A stretch of 61,708 nucleotides of DNA, counting the filler, from Chiloscyllium plagiosum (taxonomy: Eukaryota), in the NCBI RefSeq assembly GCF_004010195.1. It is 5 parts of one record of this genome, joined end to end, with 100 filler letters (N's around TTAATTAATTAA, not from the genome) between each part and the next. Parts side by side here need not be neighbours in the genome. Positions count along the whole stretch, not along the records: positions 45,262 to 53,335 come from NC_057712.1; positions 53,436 to 61,708 come from NC_057712.1; 3 more parts are not named here. One strand, written 5' to 3'. The notes below the pieces were generated by a model. The model did not search any database. It worked only from the letters and a program-made list of their open reading frames with translations, and was not told where the DNA came from. Positions 50,747 through 61,708 of the stretch are shown in pieces. Within the stretch, counting starts at the first letter, position 1. Every line of letters starts with the position of its first letter. A program made the position numbers and the translations under genes.

Positions 50747-53335
50747 AGCCACTTCCACCCCCTCTGACACACTTCCACCACTGATGCCATGTGTTCCGCG
50801 ACTTCCGCTCCCATTGCAGCCACTTCCGCCCCTAACGATTTCACATACTCCACACGTGACATCACCTCCACCCCACGAGTCATCGCTGACGTCACGTGTT
50901 CTGTGACTTTGGCGCTGCTCACCACTGCCGTTGTCGCCATCACTTCCGTACCCAACAACGCTATTCACCTGCATACTGCTGACACGCCCCCACCTCACTG
51001 AGGACGAATGATCAGTCCTCAGCAAAAGCCTTACCTTCGTCCCCCTCCGTCCACGCATCAACAAATTCAATACGCATCGTGATGTCGAACACTTCTTCCG
51101 CCGCCTCCGAGTTTACTTTTCCAATCAGGACTCCAGCTCATCTTCCGAGGGCCCCTTCATCCGCCTCCAACACACTCCATCCACCTGGACACCCAATGCT
51201 GGCCTATTACCCGCCCTCAACTCTTCATTTCCAACTGCCGCAGTGACATTAACCACCTCAACCTGTCCATCCGTCTCCCCCACTCCAACCTCTCACCCTC
51301 ACAATGCGCACCCCTCCATTCCCTTTGCTCGAATCCCAACCTCACCATCAAACCAGCGGATAAAGGGGCTCCGTGGTAGTTTGGCGCACTGACCTCTACA
51401 CCGCTGAAGCCAGGCGCCAACTCGAAGATACCTCCTCCTACCAACCCCCCGACAATAACTTCATCCCCCCCATCACCAAACCAATATCTCCCAGACCATA
51501 CACAACCTCATCACCTCCGAGAACTCCCACCCACAGCTTCCAACCTCATAGTTCAGGAACCCCGCACCACCCGATTCTACCTCCTTCCCAAAATCCACAA
51601 GCCTGACCACCCCGGCCGACCCATCGTCTCAGCTCCTCCTGCCCACCGAACTCATCTCCACCTACCTCGATACTGTCCTATCCCGCCTCGTCCAGGAACT
51701 CCCAACATATGTTCGGGACACCACCCACACCCTCCACTTCCTCCAAGACGTCCGTTTCCCTGGCCCCCAAGGCTTCATCTTCACCATGGACATCTACACC
51801 TCCATCTGCCATGAGCAGGGCATCCAAGCCCTCCGTTTCTTCCTCTCCCGCCTTCCCCACCAGTACCCTTCCACTGACACTCATTCATTTGGCTGAACTG
51901 GTCCTCACCCTTAACAATTTCTCCTTTGAATCCTCCCACTTCCTTCAGATGAAAGGGGTAGCCATAGGCACCCGCATGGGCCTCAGCTATGTCTGTCTCT
52001 TTGTTGGCTACATAGAACAGTCCATCTTCCGTAGTTACACTGGCACCACTCCCCACCTCTTCCTCCGTTACATTGATGACTGCATTGGCGCCACCTCATG
52101 CTCCCATGGGGAGGTTGAGCAGTTCATCAACTTCACCAACACATTCCACCCCGACCTTAAATTCACCTGGACCATCTCTGACACCTCCCTCCCCTTCCTA
52201 GACCTCTTCATCTCCACCAACGATGACCAACTTAACACTGACATTTATTACAAACCCACCGACTCCCACACCTACCTGGATTAAACCTCTTCCTGCCCTA
52301 CCTCCAGCAAAAATGCTATCCTGTATTCCCAATTCCTCCGCCTCCGCCGTATTTGCTCCCTGAAGGACCAGTTCCACCACAGAACACAGAAGGTGGCCTC
52401 CTTCTTTCAAGACTGTAATTTTCGCTCCCATGTGGTTGAAAATGCCCTCCAACACATCTCATCCATGTCCTGCACCTCTGCCCTCAAACCCTGCCCCTCC
52501 AACCGCAACAAGGACAGAATCCCGGGTCCTCAACTTGCACCCCACCAACCTCCTCACCATCTGCCGACATTTCTACCACCTACAAATGGACCCCACCACC
52601 AGGGATATATTTCCCTCCCCACCCCATCCGCTTTCCGCAAAGACTGTTCCCTCTGTGACTACCTGGTCAGGTCCACGCCCTCCAAGAACCCATCCTCCAC
52701 TCCTGGCATCTTCCCCTGCCACTGCAAGAATTGCAAAACCTGCGCCCACAGCTCCCTCCTCACCTCCATCCAAGGCTTCAAAGGAGCCTTCCACGACCAT
52801 CAAAGTTTCACCTGCACGTCCACCAATGTCATTTATTGTATCTGTTGCTCCTAATGCGGTCTCCTTTACATTGGGGAGACTGGACGCCTCCTGGCAGAGC
52901 GCTTTAGGGAACATCTCTGGGACATCCGCACCAACAATCCCATCGCCCCGTGGCCGAACATTTCAACTCCCCCTCCTACTCTGCCAAGGACATGCAGGTC
53001 TCGGGCCGCCTTCATGGCCCTCCCTCACCACCCGACGCCTGGAGGAAGAACACCTCATCTTCCGCACCGGAACATTTCAACCCCAAGGCATTAATGTGGA
53101 CTTCACCAGTTTCCTCATTTCCCCTCCACCCATCTTACCCCAGTTCCAACCTTCCAGCTCAGCACATATCCTCATGACCTGTCCTACCTGCCTATCTTCC
53201 TTCCCATCTATCTGCTCCACCCTCCTCTCTGACCTATAACCTTTATCCCCACCTCCATCCACCTCTTGCACTCTTAGCTACCTTCTCCCCAGCCACACCC
53301 CCCCCCCCCCCCCCCCCCCCCCTTCCCTTCCCCCC
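50747..53335 (+). mobile_element. Long degenerate Penelope-like element (RT, Cys-rich linker, GIY-YIG), probably Neptune-type
   Basis: TIKPADKG, FYLLPKIHKP..PGRPIVS, LQMKGVAIGTRMG, LRYIDDCIG, PFLDL, YYKPTDSH; CHCKNCKTC...FTC linker; VIYCICCS*CGLLYIGETGR; frameshifts and stops; 3' end lost at the linker. Confidence 0.9.
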
Positions 53336-53435
53336 NNNNNNNNNNNNNNNNNNNNNNNNNNNNNNNNNNNNNNNNNNNNTTAATTAATTAANNNNNNNNN
53401 NNNNNNNNNNNNNNNNNNNNNNNNNNNNNNNNNNN
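53336..53435. other. Artificial contig linker
   Basis: 44 N + TTAATTAATTAA + 44 N. Confidence 0.95.
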
Positions 53436-53770
53436 CTGCCAAATTAGTTTAAACCCCCCCGAAGATTGCTAGCAAACCTACCTCCCAGGATATTGGTGCC
53501 CTTCTGGTGCTGGTGCAACCCGTCCTGCTTGTACAGGTCCCACCTTCTCCAGAATGCAGTCCAATTGTCCAAATACCTGAAGCCCTCCCTCCTACACCAT
53601 CCTTGCAGCCACGTGTTCAACTGCACTCTCTCCCCTATTCCTTGCTCACTGTCACGTGGCACCGGCAACAACCCAGAGATGACGACTCTGTCTGTCCTAG
53701 CTTTCAGCTTCCAGCCTAACTCCCCGAGCTCTTGAATGACCTCCCCACCTCTCTTCCTACCTATGTCGTT
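53436..53770 (-). mobile_element. CR1 LINE ORF1 (SGNH/esterase-like) fragment
   Basis: QLNTWLQGWCRREGFRYLDNW...DLYKQDGLH...GTNILGGRFA; homologous to 35118-35357. Confidence 0.85.
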
Positions 53771-54155
53771 GAAACTTTATTTCAAATTTTGCAGTTTACT
53801 GGATTCCAAATTCTCAACCTACAAAGTTTTATATACCTTCATTATTTCTTTCCTCCTCTGAAGAACCTTTCAACATGTGTCAACATGTGCATTGTCCTTC
53901 AACTCCAATTTGGTGGCACAGCATTCAGCACCTTGATCTCAAACTGTACACAGAAATGCTTCTCATAAGCTCTTCTTTCTTCCTATCCCACTATCAAAAT
54001 GTTTCTTCACGTGTAGGCTATACATTTAGTCACTTCCCTAACCCTTCTACTATTTAATAATGTCCATTTTCTCATTGAAGCACCTCGGAAAGTTTTGCCA
54101 TATTAAGGCTTCTATTGCAATAATCTTTTTTAAAAAACAAACAATTTACACCAAC

Positions 54156-54396
54156 CCTTCTGGGAGACTGTCCAAATCGGATTTCTTGCCATCTTTAGGA
54201 CTGTGCTTGATGAAGATCTCAAGGGCAAGGTCTTCATATTGTTGCCTCTGTTCTGAAGTCAGCATGTCTAAAGATTCAAGCTTGATAAAAGCTTTTGAAC
54301 ACGTCCCAAAAGCCCGATTTGCACAGGCAGCGAGGGCCAATAAAGAGTAAATCTCCACTGAGGGAATTATGTCTTCATAGTCCCGCAGATGAAGTG
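54156..54396 (-). CDS. WDR35: WD repeat-containing protein 35 (IFT121), penultimate coding exon (241 bp)
   Basis: TTTGCAG acceptor and GTTGGT donor on minus; (A)[79 protein letters not shown](G) matches the recalled human WDR35 C-terminal region. Confidence 0.93.
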
Positions 54397-55199
54397 CTGC
54401 AAATTTACAACACAAAATTGTTTGGCTTCATGACAAACTAGCTGCAATAAGCACATACAATCAAAAGACTCATCTTAATCAAAGGACCACCTCCAAACTA
54501 ATGATTCAAAATTAAACTGTATTGAAGGATATTAGACTGCACATGTATTTGCTTTGATCGTTCTGATCCATATGTTTTGAATCTCACTCACATGGCTCAG
54601 GGGATCCTCTTATGAACTGGCCTTCTGGATTAAGATTGGACTTGGGGAATAGCATAGTCTGCTATTCTGCCTTGACCTAAAGCAATCACTTAAATGGGGG
54701 GTTATAATACAGATCTCTATACTAAGGACAGAATGTAGAATTCCATTCACAATTAGATAAGCAAAATAAAAAGTGAATTCCCTTAGAGGCACAGGAAGCT
54801 CTAAATCCTGGAGATGTGTGAACTAATTCATGTAATGTCTTTGCAGTGAACATGTTTATTTCTAATTTTCTGAATTTGTTGGTTTATGAACATGTTACTT
54901 CCACTAACACAACTCTCTCTTTTGGGTAGAGATATTTTTCAGCAATTAACAAGATAGCCTCATCAATGTATGCAGGAGGATCTTGCACAAATGACAATAT
55001 TAAATGGTTCCTAATTCAGAAAGAAATGAAAACCACTGCTTGAGAAAAGTGATTGGCACAAATCAAACTTGCATCAAAAATTGGCAAAAAAAAGGAACTA
55101 CTGCTGAGAGACGGATAGACAAATGGAAAGAGATAGAGACAGTAAGTTCAACAGAGACCTCACAGGTCATTATTTCCAATTCCAAAATGAAAAAAGATT

Positions 55200-58110
55200 G
55201 AGATTCTGAAGGGAGATTACAGAGAGTTAGGCAGAAATTTAAAAAGGAGGTCCTCAAGGGTAGTAATACCTGGAAATTACTCCCAGTGCTACGAGCTAGT
55301 GAGGGCAGGAATAGGAGGATAGAGCAGATGAATGCATGGCTGAGGAGCTGGTGTATGGGAGAAGGATTCACATTTTTGGATCATTGGAATCTCTTTTGGG
55401 ATAGAAGTGACCTACAAGAAGGGCGGATTGTACCTAAATTGGAAGGGGACTAATATACTGGCAGGGGACCCAGGGAGATAGTGAGGAAAGAGATCGATCT
55501 GAGACGGGTACAGCTGAGAACAGAAGTGAGTCAAACAGTCAGGGCAGGCAGGGACAAGGTAGGACTAATAAATTAAACTGCATTTATTTCAATGTAAGGG
55601 ACCTAACAGGGAAGGCAGATGAACTCAGGGTTAGGAATATGGGACTGGTATATCATAGCAATTATGGAAACATGGCTCAGGGATGGGCAGGATGGCAGCT
55701 TAGTGTTCCAGGATACAAATGCTACAGGAAGGATAGAATGGGAGGTAAGAGAGGAGGGGGAGTTGCATTTTTGATAAGGGATAGCATTACAGCTGTGCGG
55801 AGGGAGGATATTCCCGGAAATGCATCCAGGAAAGTTTATTGAGTGGAACTGAGAAATAAGAAAGGGATGATCACCTTATTGGGATTGTATTATAGACCCC
55901 CCAATAGTCAGAGGGAAATTGAGAAACAAACTTGGAAGGAGATCTCAGCTATCTGTAAGAATAATAGGGTAGTTATGGTAGGGGATTTTAACTTTCCAAA
56001 CATCGACAGGGACTGCCATAGTGTTAAAGGTTTAGATGGAAAGGAATTTCTTAAGTGTGTAGAAGACAATTTTCTTATTCAGTATGTGAATGTATCCACT
56101 AGAGAAGGTGCATAACTTGACCTACTCTTGGGAAATAAGGCAGGGCAGGTGACTGAGGTGTCAGTGGGGGAGCACTTTGGGGCCAGCGACCATAATTCTA
56201 TTAGTTTCAAAATAGTGATGGAAAAGGATAGACCAGATCTAAAAGTTGAAATTCTAAATGGGAGAAAGGCCAATTTTGATGGTATTAGGCAAGAACTTTC
56301 GAAAGCTGATTGGAAGCAGATGTTCGCACGTAAAGGGACGGCTGGAAAGTGGGAAGCCTTCAGAAATGAGATAACAAGAATCCAGAAAAAGTATATTCCT
56401 GTCAGGGTGAAAGGGAAGGCTGGTAGGTATAGGGAATGCTGGATGACTAAAGAAATTGAGGGCTTGGTTCAGAAAAAGAAGGAAGCATATGTCAGGTATA
56501 GACAGGATAGAGCGAGTGAATCCTTAGAAGAATATAAAGAAAGTAGGAGTACACTTAAAAGGGAAATCAAGAGGGCAAAAAGGGGACATGAGATAGCTTT
56601 GGCAAATAGAATTAAGGAGAATCCAAAGGGTTTTTACAAATATATTAAGGACAAAAGGGTAACTAGGGAGAGAATAGGGCCCCTCAAAGATCAGCAAGGC
56701 GGCCTTTGTGTGGAGCCTCAGAAAATGGGGGAGATACTAAATGAATATTTTGCATCAGTATTTACTGTGGAAAAGGAGATGGAAGATATAGACTGTAGGG
56801 AAATAGATGGTGACATAATGCAAAATGTCCAGATTACAGATGAGGAAGTGCTGGATGTCCTGAAACGGTTAAAGGTGGATAAATCCTCAGGACCTGATCA
56901 GGTGTACCCGAGAACTCTGTGGGAAGCTAGAGAAGTGATTGCTGGGCCTCTTGCTGAGATATTTGNNNNNNNNNNNNNNNNNNNNNNNNNNNNNNNNNNN
57001 NNNNNNNNNNNNNNNNNNNNNNNNNNNNNNNNNNNNNNNNNNNNNNNNNNNNNNNNNNNNNNNNNNNNNNNNNNNNNNNNNNNNNNNNNNNNNNNNNNNN
57101 NNNNNNNNNNNNNNNNNNNNNNNNNNNNNNNNNNNNNNNNNNNNNNNNNNNNNNNNNNNNNNNNNNNNNNNNNNNNNNNNNNNNNNNNNNNNNNNNNNNN
57201 NNNNNNNNNNNNNNNNNNNNNNNNNNNNNNNNNNNNNNNNNNNNNNNNNNNNNNNNNNNNNNNNNNNNNNNNNNNNNNNNNNNNNNNNNNNNNNNNNNNN
57301 NNNNNNNNNNNNNNNNNNNNNNNNNNNNNNNNNNNNNNNNNNNNNNNNNNNNNNNNNNNNNNNNNNNNNNNNNNNNNNNNNNNNNNNNNNNNNNNNNNNN
57401 NNNNNNNNNNNNNNNNNNNNNNNNNNNNNNNNNNNNNNNNNNNNNNNNNNNNNNNNNNNNNNNNNNNNNNNNNNNNNNNNNNNNNNNNNNNNNNNNNNNN
57501 NNNNNNNNNNNNNNNNNNNNNNNNNNNNNNNNNNNNNNNNNNNNNNNNNNNNNNNNNNNNNNNNNNNNNNNNNNNNNNNNNNNNNNNNNNNNNNNNNNNN
57601 NNNNNNNNNNNNNNNNNNNNNNNNNNNNNNNNNNNNNNNNNNNNNNNNNNNNNNNNNNNNNNNNNNNNNNNNNNNNNNNNNNNNNNNNNNNNNNNNNNNN
57701 NNNNNNNNNNNNNNNNNNNNNNNNNNNNNNNNNNNGGGGTGACCTTATAGAGGTTTACAAAATTATGAGGGGCATGGATAGGATAAATAGACAAAGTCTT
57801 TTCCTTGGGGTCGGGAGTCCAGAACTAGAGGGCATAGGTTTAGGGTGAGAGGGGAAAGATATAAAAGAGATCTACAGGGCAACGTTTTCACATATGGAAT
57901 GTATGGAATGAGCTGCCAGAGGATGTGGTGGAGGCTGGTACAATTACAACATTTAAGAGGCATTTGGACGGATATATGAATAGGAAGGGTTTGGAGGGAT
58001 ATGGGCCGGGTGCTGGCAGGTGAGACTAGATTGGGTTCGGATATCTGGTCGGCATGGACAGATTGGACCGAAGGGTCTGTTTCCATGCTGTACATCTCTA
58101 TGACTCTATG
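55200..58110 (+). mobile_element. CR1/HER1 LINE (ORF1 end, ORF2, 3' tail; N gap 56966-57735)
   Basis: YYRPPNS, MVGDFNFPNID, FGASDHN, RIKENPKGFYKY, KSSGPDQVYPRTL; (CTCTATGA)n tail; long open stretch 56128-56965 suggests a relatively young copy. Confidence 0.9.
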
Positions 58111-58516
58111 AATTTGCATTGACGTACTGACAACCAAAATTTGTAAAGAGGTTATGCAACTGACAGACGTATGGGAAATGGAATTTGATCATTATAAATG
58201 TAGAGTATTATACAGAAATGAATAAAATTGTGCCATGACAAAAAGTAGCTATACTTGAAAAATACTTCATTGTTTAAAAAAATACTCTTTGGCTCATTTT
58301 GGGCTTGGAAAGACACAATACAAAAAAAAGTGTGACTATAAGTATATAATTAACAAATCAGAATTGGACTAGAGTTTAAATGTACAGAAATATAAAGAAG
58401 AATAATTATGGATCAAAACGTTTTGCTGAGTAGCTGTGGATGAGGTATCAAATGTTAAATACTTAATCCAGAAAGATCAACAGATATAGTAAAAAAGCTA
58501 AAGTCACAGTAGTTTT

Positions 58517-58680
58517 ACCAAAGCGCTGTTCTCTTATTGAAGACAGACATGAATGGTGGTGGTTTAACCTGAAGGTCATCAAATCTCAGAAGCAGGTGAG
58601 AAGGAGAGTCCTTCATGGTAACCTCAGCCAGTGCAGGAAGTGAACCCACACTGTTGACGTCCAGCCAACTGAACCATATA
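58517..58680 (-). mobile_element. Degenerate tRNA-derived SINE
   Basis: Minus strand TGGTTCAGTTGG (A-box-like) and GGTTCACTTCC (B-box-like). Confidence 0.45.
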
Positions 58681-58799
58681 CAAGGTATACAAAGATTATT
58701 AGGAGAAAGTGAGGACTGCAGTTGCTGGAGATCAGAGCTGAAAAATGTGTTGCTGGAAAAGCGCAACAGGTCAGGCAACTTCCAAGGAGCAGGAGAATC

Positions 58800-58827
58800 G
58801 ACGTTTCGGGCATAAGCCCTTCTTCAG
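58800..58827 (-). ncRNA. Minimal hammerhead ribozyme motif, intact core
   Basis: Reverse complement CTGAAGA-A-GGGC-TTAT-GCCC-GAAAC-GTC. Confidence 0.75.
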
Positions 58828-58833
58828 GAAGTC

Positions 58834-58861
58834 CTGAAGAAGGGCTTATGCCCGAAACGTC
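58834..58861 (+). ncRNA. Minimal hammerhead ribozyme motif, intact core
   Basis: CTGAAGA-A-GGGC-TTAT-GCCC-GAAAC-GTC. Confidence 0.75.
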
Positions 58862-59129
58862 GATTCTCCTGCTCCTTTGATGCTGCCTGACCTGCTGCGC
58901 TTTTCCAGCAACACATTTTTCAGCTCATACAAAGATTATTACTTTGTTAGCCAATAAAGTAGAACCAAAGGTCATTAACGTAAATTAGTAAATGTTTTTT
59001 ATTCATTAAATAATTATACTAAGGAAAATTAAAAGGGCAAAAACCATCAGTTGTTCACAAAACAATTATATGCCACAGTGATATTCTATATAATGTAATC
59101 TTCATTAGTCATGTTTTATGTTTTCATCA

Positions 59130-59520
59130 GACATGGAAATCACTAGTAAATTCAATATTTGTTGGCCTTCCCTAATTGCAGTTTAGAGCAAGATGCTAAG
59201 CCACCATCTGTCAACTGCTGCAGTTCATCTGCTGTTTGTTAGGCCATTTCAGAGAGTAGTTCAGAGTCAATCATAATAGGTCTGGAATTACATGTAGGTC
59301 AAACTAAACAAGATGGCAGATTTCCTTCCCTAAAAGACATGAGAGAGTCGTTTTTTTTAATATAAATGACAATTGTCTCATTGCATGATTACAAAGTCTA
59401 GCTTTCAATTCCAAAATTATTAGTTAATTGTACTGAAATTTCAACAACTGCTGTGATCATGCCGAAGCATTAGTCAAGACCGAAGGATAATCGGTTCAGT
59501 GATATTACCACTATGCTACT
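59130..59520 (-). mobile_element. Degenerate tRNA-derived SINE
   Basis: Minus strand starts GTAGCATAGTGGTAATATCACTG (A box); body homologous to 5130-5345; 3' part similar to 61195-61300. Confidence 0.55.
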
Positions 59521-60774
59521 GACCCTATAACAACTCTGCCCTAGAATTAACTAACTGAAATGTGAACATGCAGAGCAATTTTCTGAACATATGAGACAGT
59601 TATTATCTGCTTATTCTACTATACAGTTCTGCTGTGAACCTGTATAATTTAACTCCTGTGAACAAAATGTATAAAGGCAAATATCCTAACTTCAATAATA
59701 TACTGTAGTTTAAATATATATTTCCAAAGGTTAACCAAAACAGATTTTAAAACAGCTCAACATCTCAAAAATTTTGAAATAGAAGCCTTGCTTTCGCTGA
59801 CAAGCTGCAAAGAAACAATAAACGTTCTTCTGTAATATGAAAGTTTGTACTTTTTGCGGCCATTCTCTCAATTTCTGTTATTGATAATTGCATAAAGATA
59901 CATTGAGAACTGTTAATTCTGACATACATTGCATACTTTTAGGAAATAAAAACTAATTATTCGTAGCATCTTCAATTTGGGATATCCTAAGCTCATGAAA
60001 GGCACAAAATAAATGCAAGTGGATGACATTCAAGCATTTACGATCAATAAATATTTAAACTAAAACCAGATGTTTCAATGTTCAAAGTGGTGCTGCAAAC
60101 TATTTTACAAGAAAAGGCAGTGTTGTAGCAACATAAAATATAACAGACTGCTTAATAAAATAAATCAGTGTCTCCATGACGGTTTACCAGAGTAAAATAG
60201 AACAGTTGATGGAAGATGCACTAGACATTCCACTGTGGTACCGCTGCATAAGATTAACGGCATGACAGTGCTGTAGAATTTACTGAAAGCAGAAAAGGAA
60301 TATTGCTAACCAAGTATGACAGCTCAGCTGAGAAAAACTCTTTCAGATACAAATACCACTGAATATTTTGGAAATGACTGAAACATTTTAAAAAAGCTCA
60401 CCCATCCATGCATCACTGTGTCACTCGTGTACCGTACATACTTGCATTTAAGAAGGGAAATATAATGAAACGAATTTAAAATACTGTCGTTTCCTGACCA
60501 CTCTCATACAGAACACCCCACTTAATGTTTCTGTCAAGCAGAGTCAACCTGATCTGAATGTATTCTAAGGAGAACTCAACACAATCTTGTTCAGCCAGAA
60601 GTGCAAGATCAGCAATTCAAAGTGCATTGCTTCCTTTCCCAACAAAAGCTAATCCAATTAGAAATTACAAAGATGGGTTTATACATTTGACAGCAAAATC
60701 AGCTCAAGCTAGAACACATGAAATGTCATGAAGCAGCTGAAAAGTTAGCAAACAACTACCCGTGAACAGTTTAA

Positions 60775-60930
60775 GATCATAAGACCATAAGACATAGGAG
60801 CGGAAATAAGGCCATTCGGCCCATCGAGTCCACTCCGCCATTCAATCATGGCTGATGGGCATTTCAACTCCACTTACCCGCATTCTCCCCGTAGCCCTTA
60901 ATTCCTTGTGACATCAAGAATTTATCAATC
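60775..60930 (-). mobile_element. CR1 LINE 3' tail fragment
   Basis: (CATAAGA)n tail and similarity to 19575-19735. Confidence 0.7.
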
Positions 60931-61194
60931 TATATAACTGATGTGAATACTACAAAAATAACAATGTGCAGAATAAACTCATCTGTATTCATTGAACATA
61001 TACACGGATACGTATCATAAATTTAAAATGCACATTGTGCCCACAATGTTGGTTTAATGAAATAAACCTTTGATATAATGTGTACTATGATGATACCTTG
61101 AACCAAACATATGTAATTTGGGCACAGTACAAGTTAAAAATGAGCCATGGGTATAACAGCACGAGTGCATGTGTAAACTACTTTTTAAAATATA

Positions 61195-61445
61195 TTCGTT
61201 CATGTGATGTGAATGTCACTGTATAGAGCAGCATTTGTTGTCCAACCCTGAATTCCCTCGAGGAAATGTTGGTGAGCTGCCTCTTGAACTGCTGCAGTGC
61301 TTGATGAGTAGGGGCAGCCACTGTGCTGTTAGGAATGGAAATCTGGGACTTTGATCCATTGATACAGAAGGAATGCCGATATATTTCTAAATCAGGAGAG
61401 TGTATGGCTTGGAGGGAAATTTGCAGATGGTTGAGTTCCCATGCT
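61195..61445 (-). mobile_element. Degenerate LINE-like 3' fragment
   Basis: Overlapping similarity to 2198-2230 and 59130-59225; family not identified. Confidence 0.4.
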
Positions 61446-61451
61446 TTCTAT

Positions 61452-61708
61452 GATTACTTATAGTGTGGAAACAGGCCCTTCGGCCCAACAAGTCCACACC
61501 GACCCGCTGAAGCGCACTTACCCAGACCCATTCCCCTACATTTACCCCTGCACCTAACTACGGGCAATTTAACATGGCCAATTCGCCTGACCCGTATATC
61601 TTTGGACTGTGGGAGGAAACCAGAGCACCCGGAGAAAACCCATGCAGACATGGGGAGAATGTGCAAACTCCACACAGTCAGTCGCCTGAGGCGGGAATTG
61701 AACTCTGG
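61452..61708 (-). mobile_element. HE1-type SINE, cut by window end
   Basis: Near-identical to 12523-12790. Confidence 0.85.

Larger units (their letters stand above)
58702..58926. mobile_element. Palindromic PLE mini-element with two intact hammerhead cores and 15-bp TSD
   Basis: About 95-bp inverted arms; ATACAAAGATTATTA at 58687-58701 and 58927-58941. Confidence 0.85.

Noticed and set aside
50702..51070. Mucin-like or Gly-rich ORFs
   Set aside because: Low-complexity 5' region of the PLE read on both strands
46454..54396. AGBL5 and WDR35 as overlapping or nested antisense genes
   Set aside because: They are on different contigs separated by an artificial linker, so overlap cannot be inferred
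56128..57794. 540-, 298- and 267-aa ORFs (also 32407-33351 and 32550-33296)
   Set aside because: Lengths are inflated by N runs; the real portions are CR1 ORF2 or its antisense

Overview
Eukaryotic, repeat-rich genomic DNA. The HE1-type V-SINEs and HER1/CR1 LINEs point to an elasmobranch (shark); this is inference. The window is five contigs joined by artificial 100-bp linkers (44 N + TTAATTAATTAA + 44 N): 1-18162, 18263-30989, 31090-45161, 45262-53335 and 53436-61708. Four host exons are recognisable: the last two coding exons of DPYSL5/CRMP5 (+) with a long repeat-poor 3' UTR, one internal AGBL5 exon (+) and the penultimate WDR35 exon (-). All three genes lie on human 2p23-24. The rest is mostly decayed CR1 and Rex1/Babar LINEs, SINEs, Gypsy remnants, a solo LTR, a 3.5-kb 17/19-bp satellite and many Penelope-like elements (PLEs). 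The most interesting signal is a family of minimal hammerhead ribozyme motifs (CTGANGA-A-GGGC-loop-GCCC-GAAACGTC) in PLE termini. These termini occur as at least ten short insertions, most of them fold-back, with 10-16-bp target-site duplications. One carries two intact hammerhead cores head-to-head, and a related chimeric insertion is flanked by a ~412-bp duplication. Gene identities come from recalled protein sequences; no searches were run and repeat boundaries are approximate.
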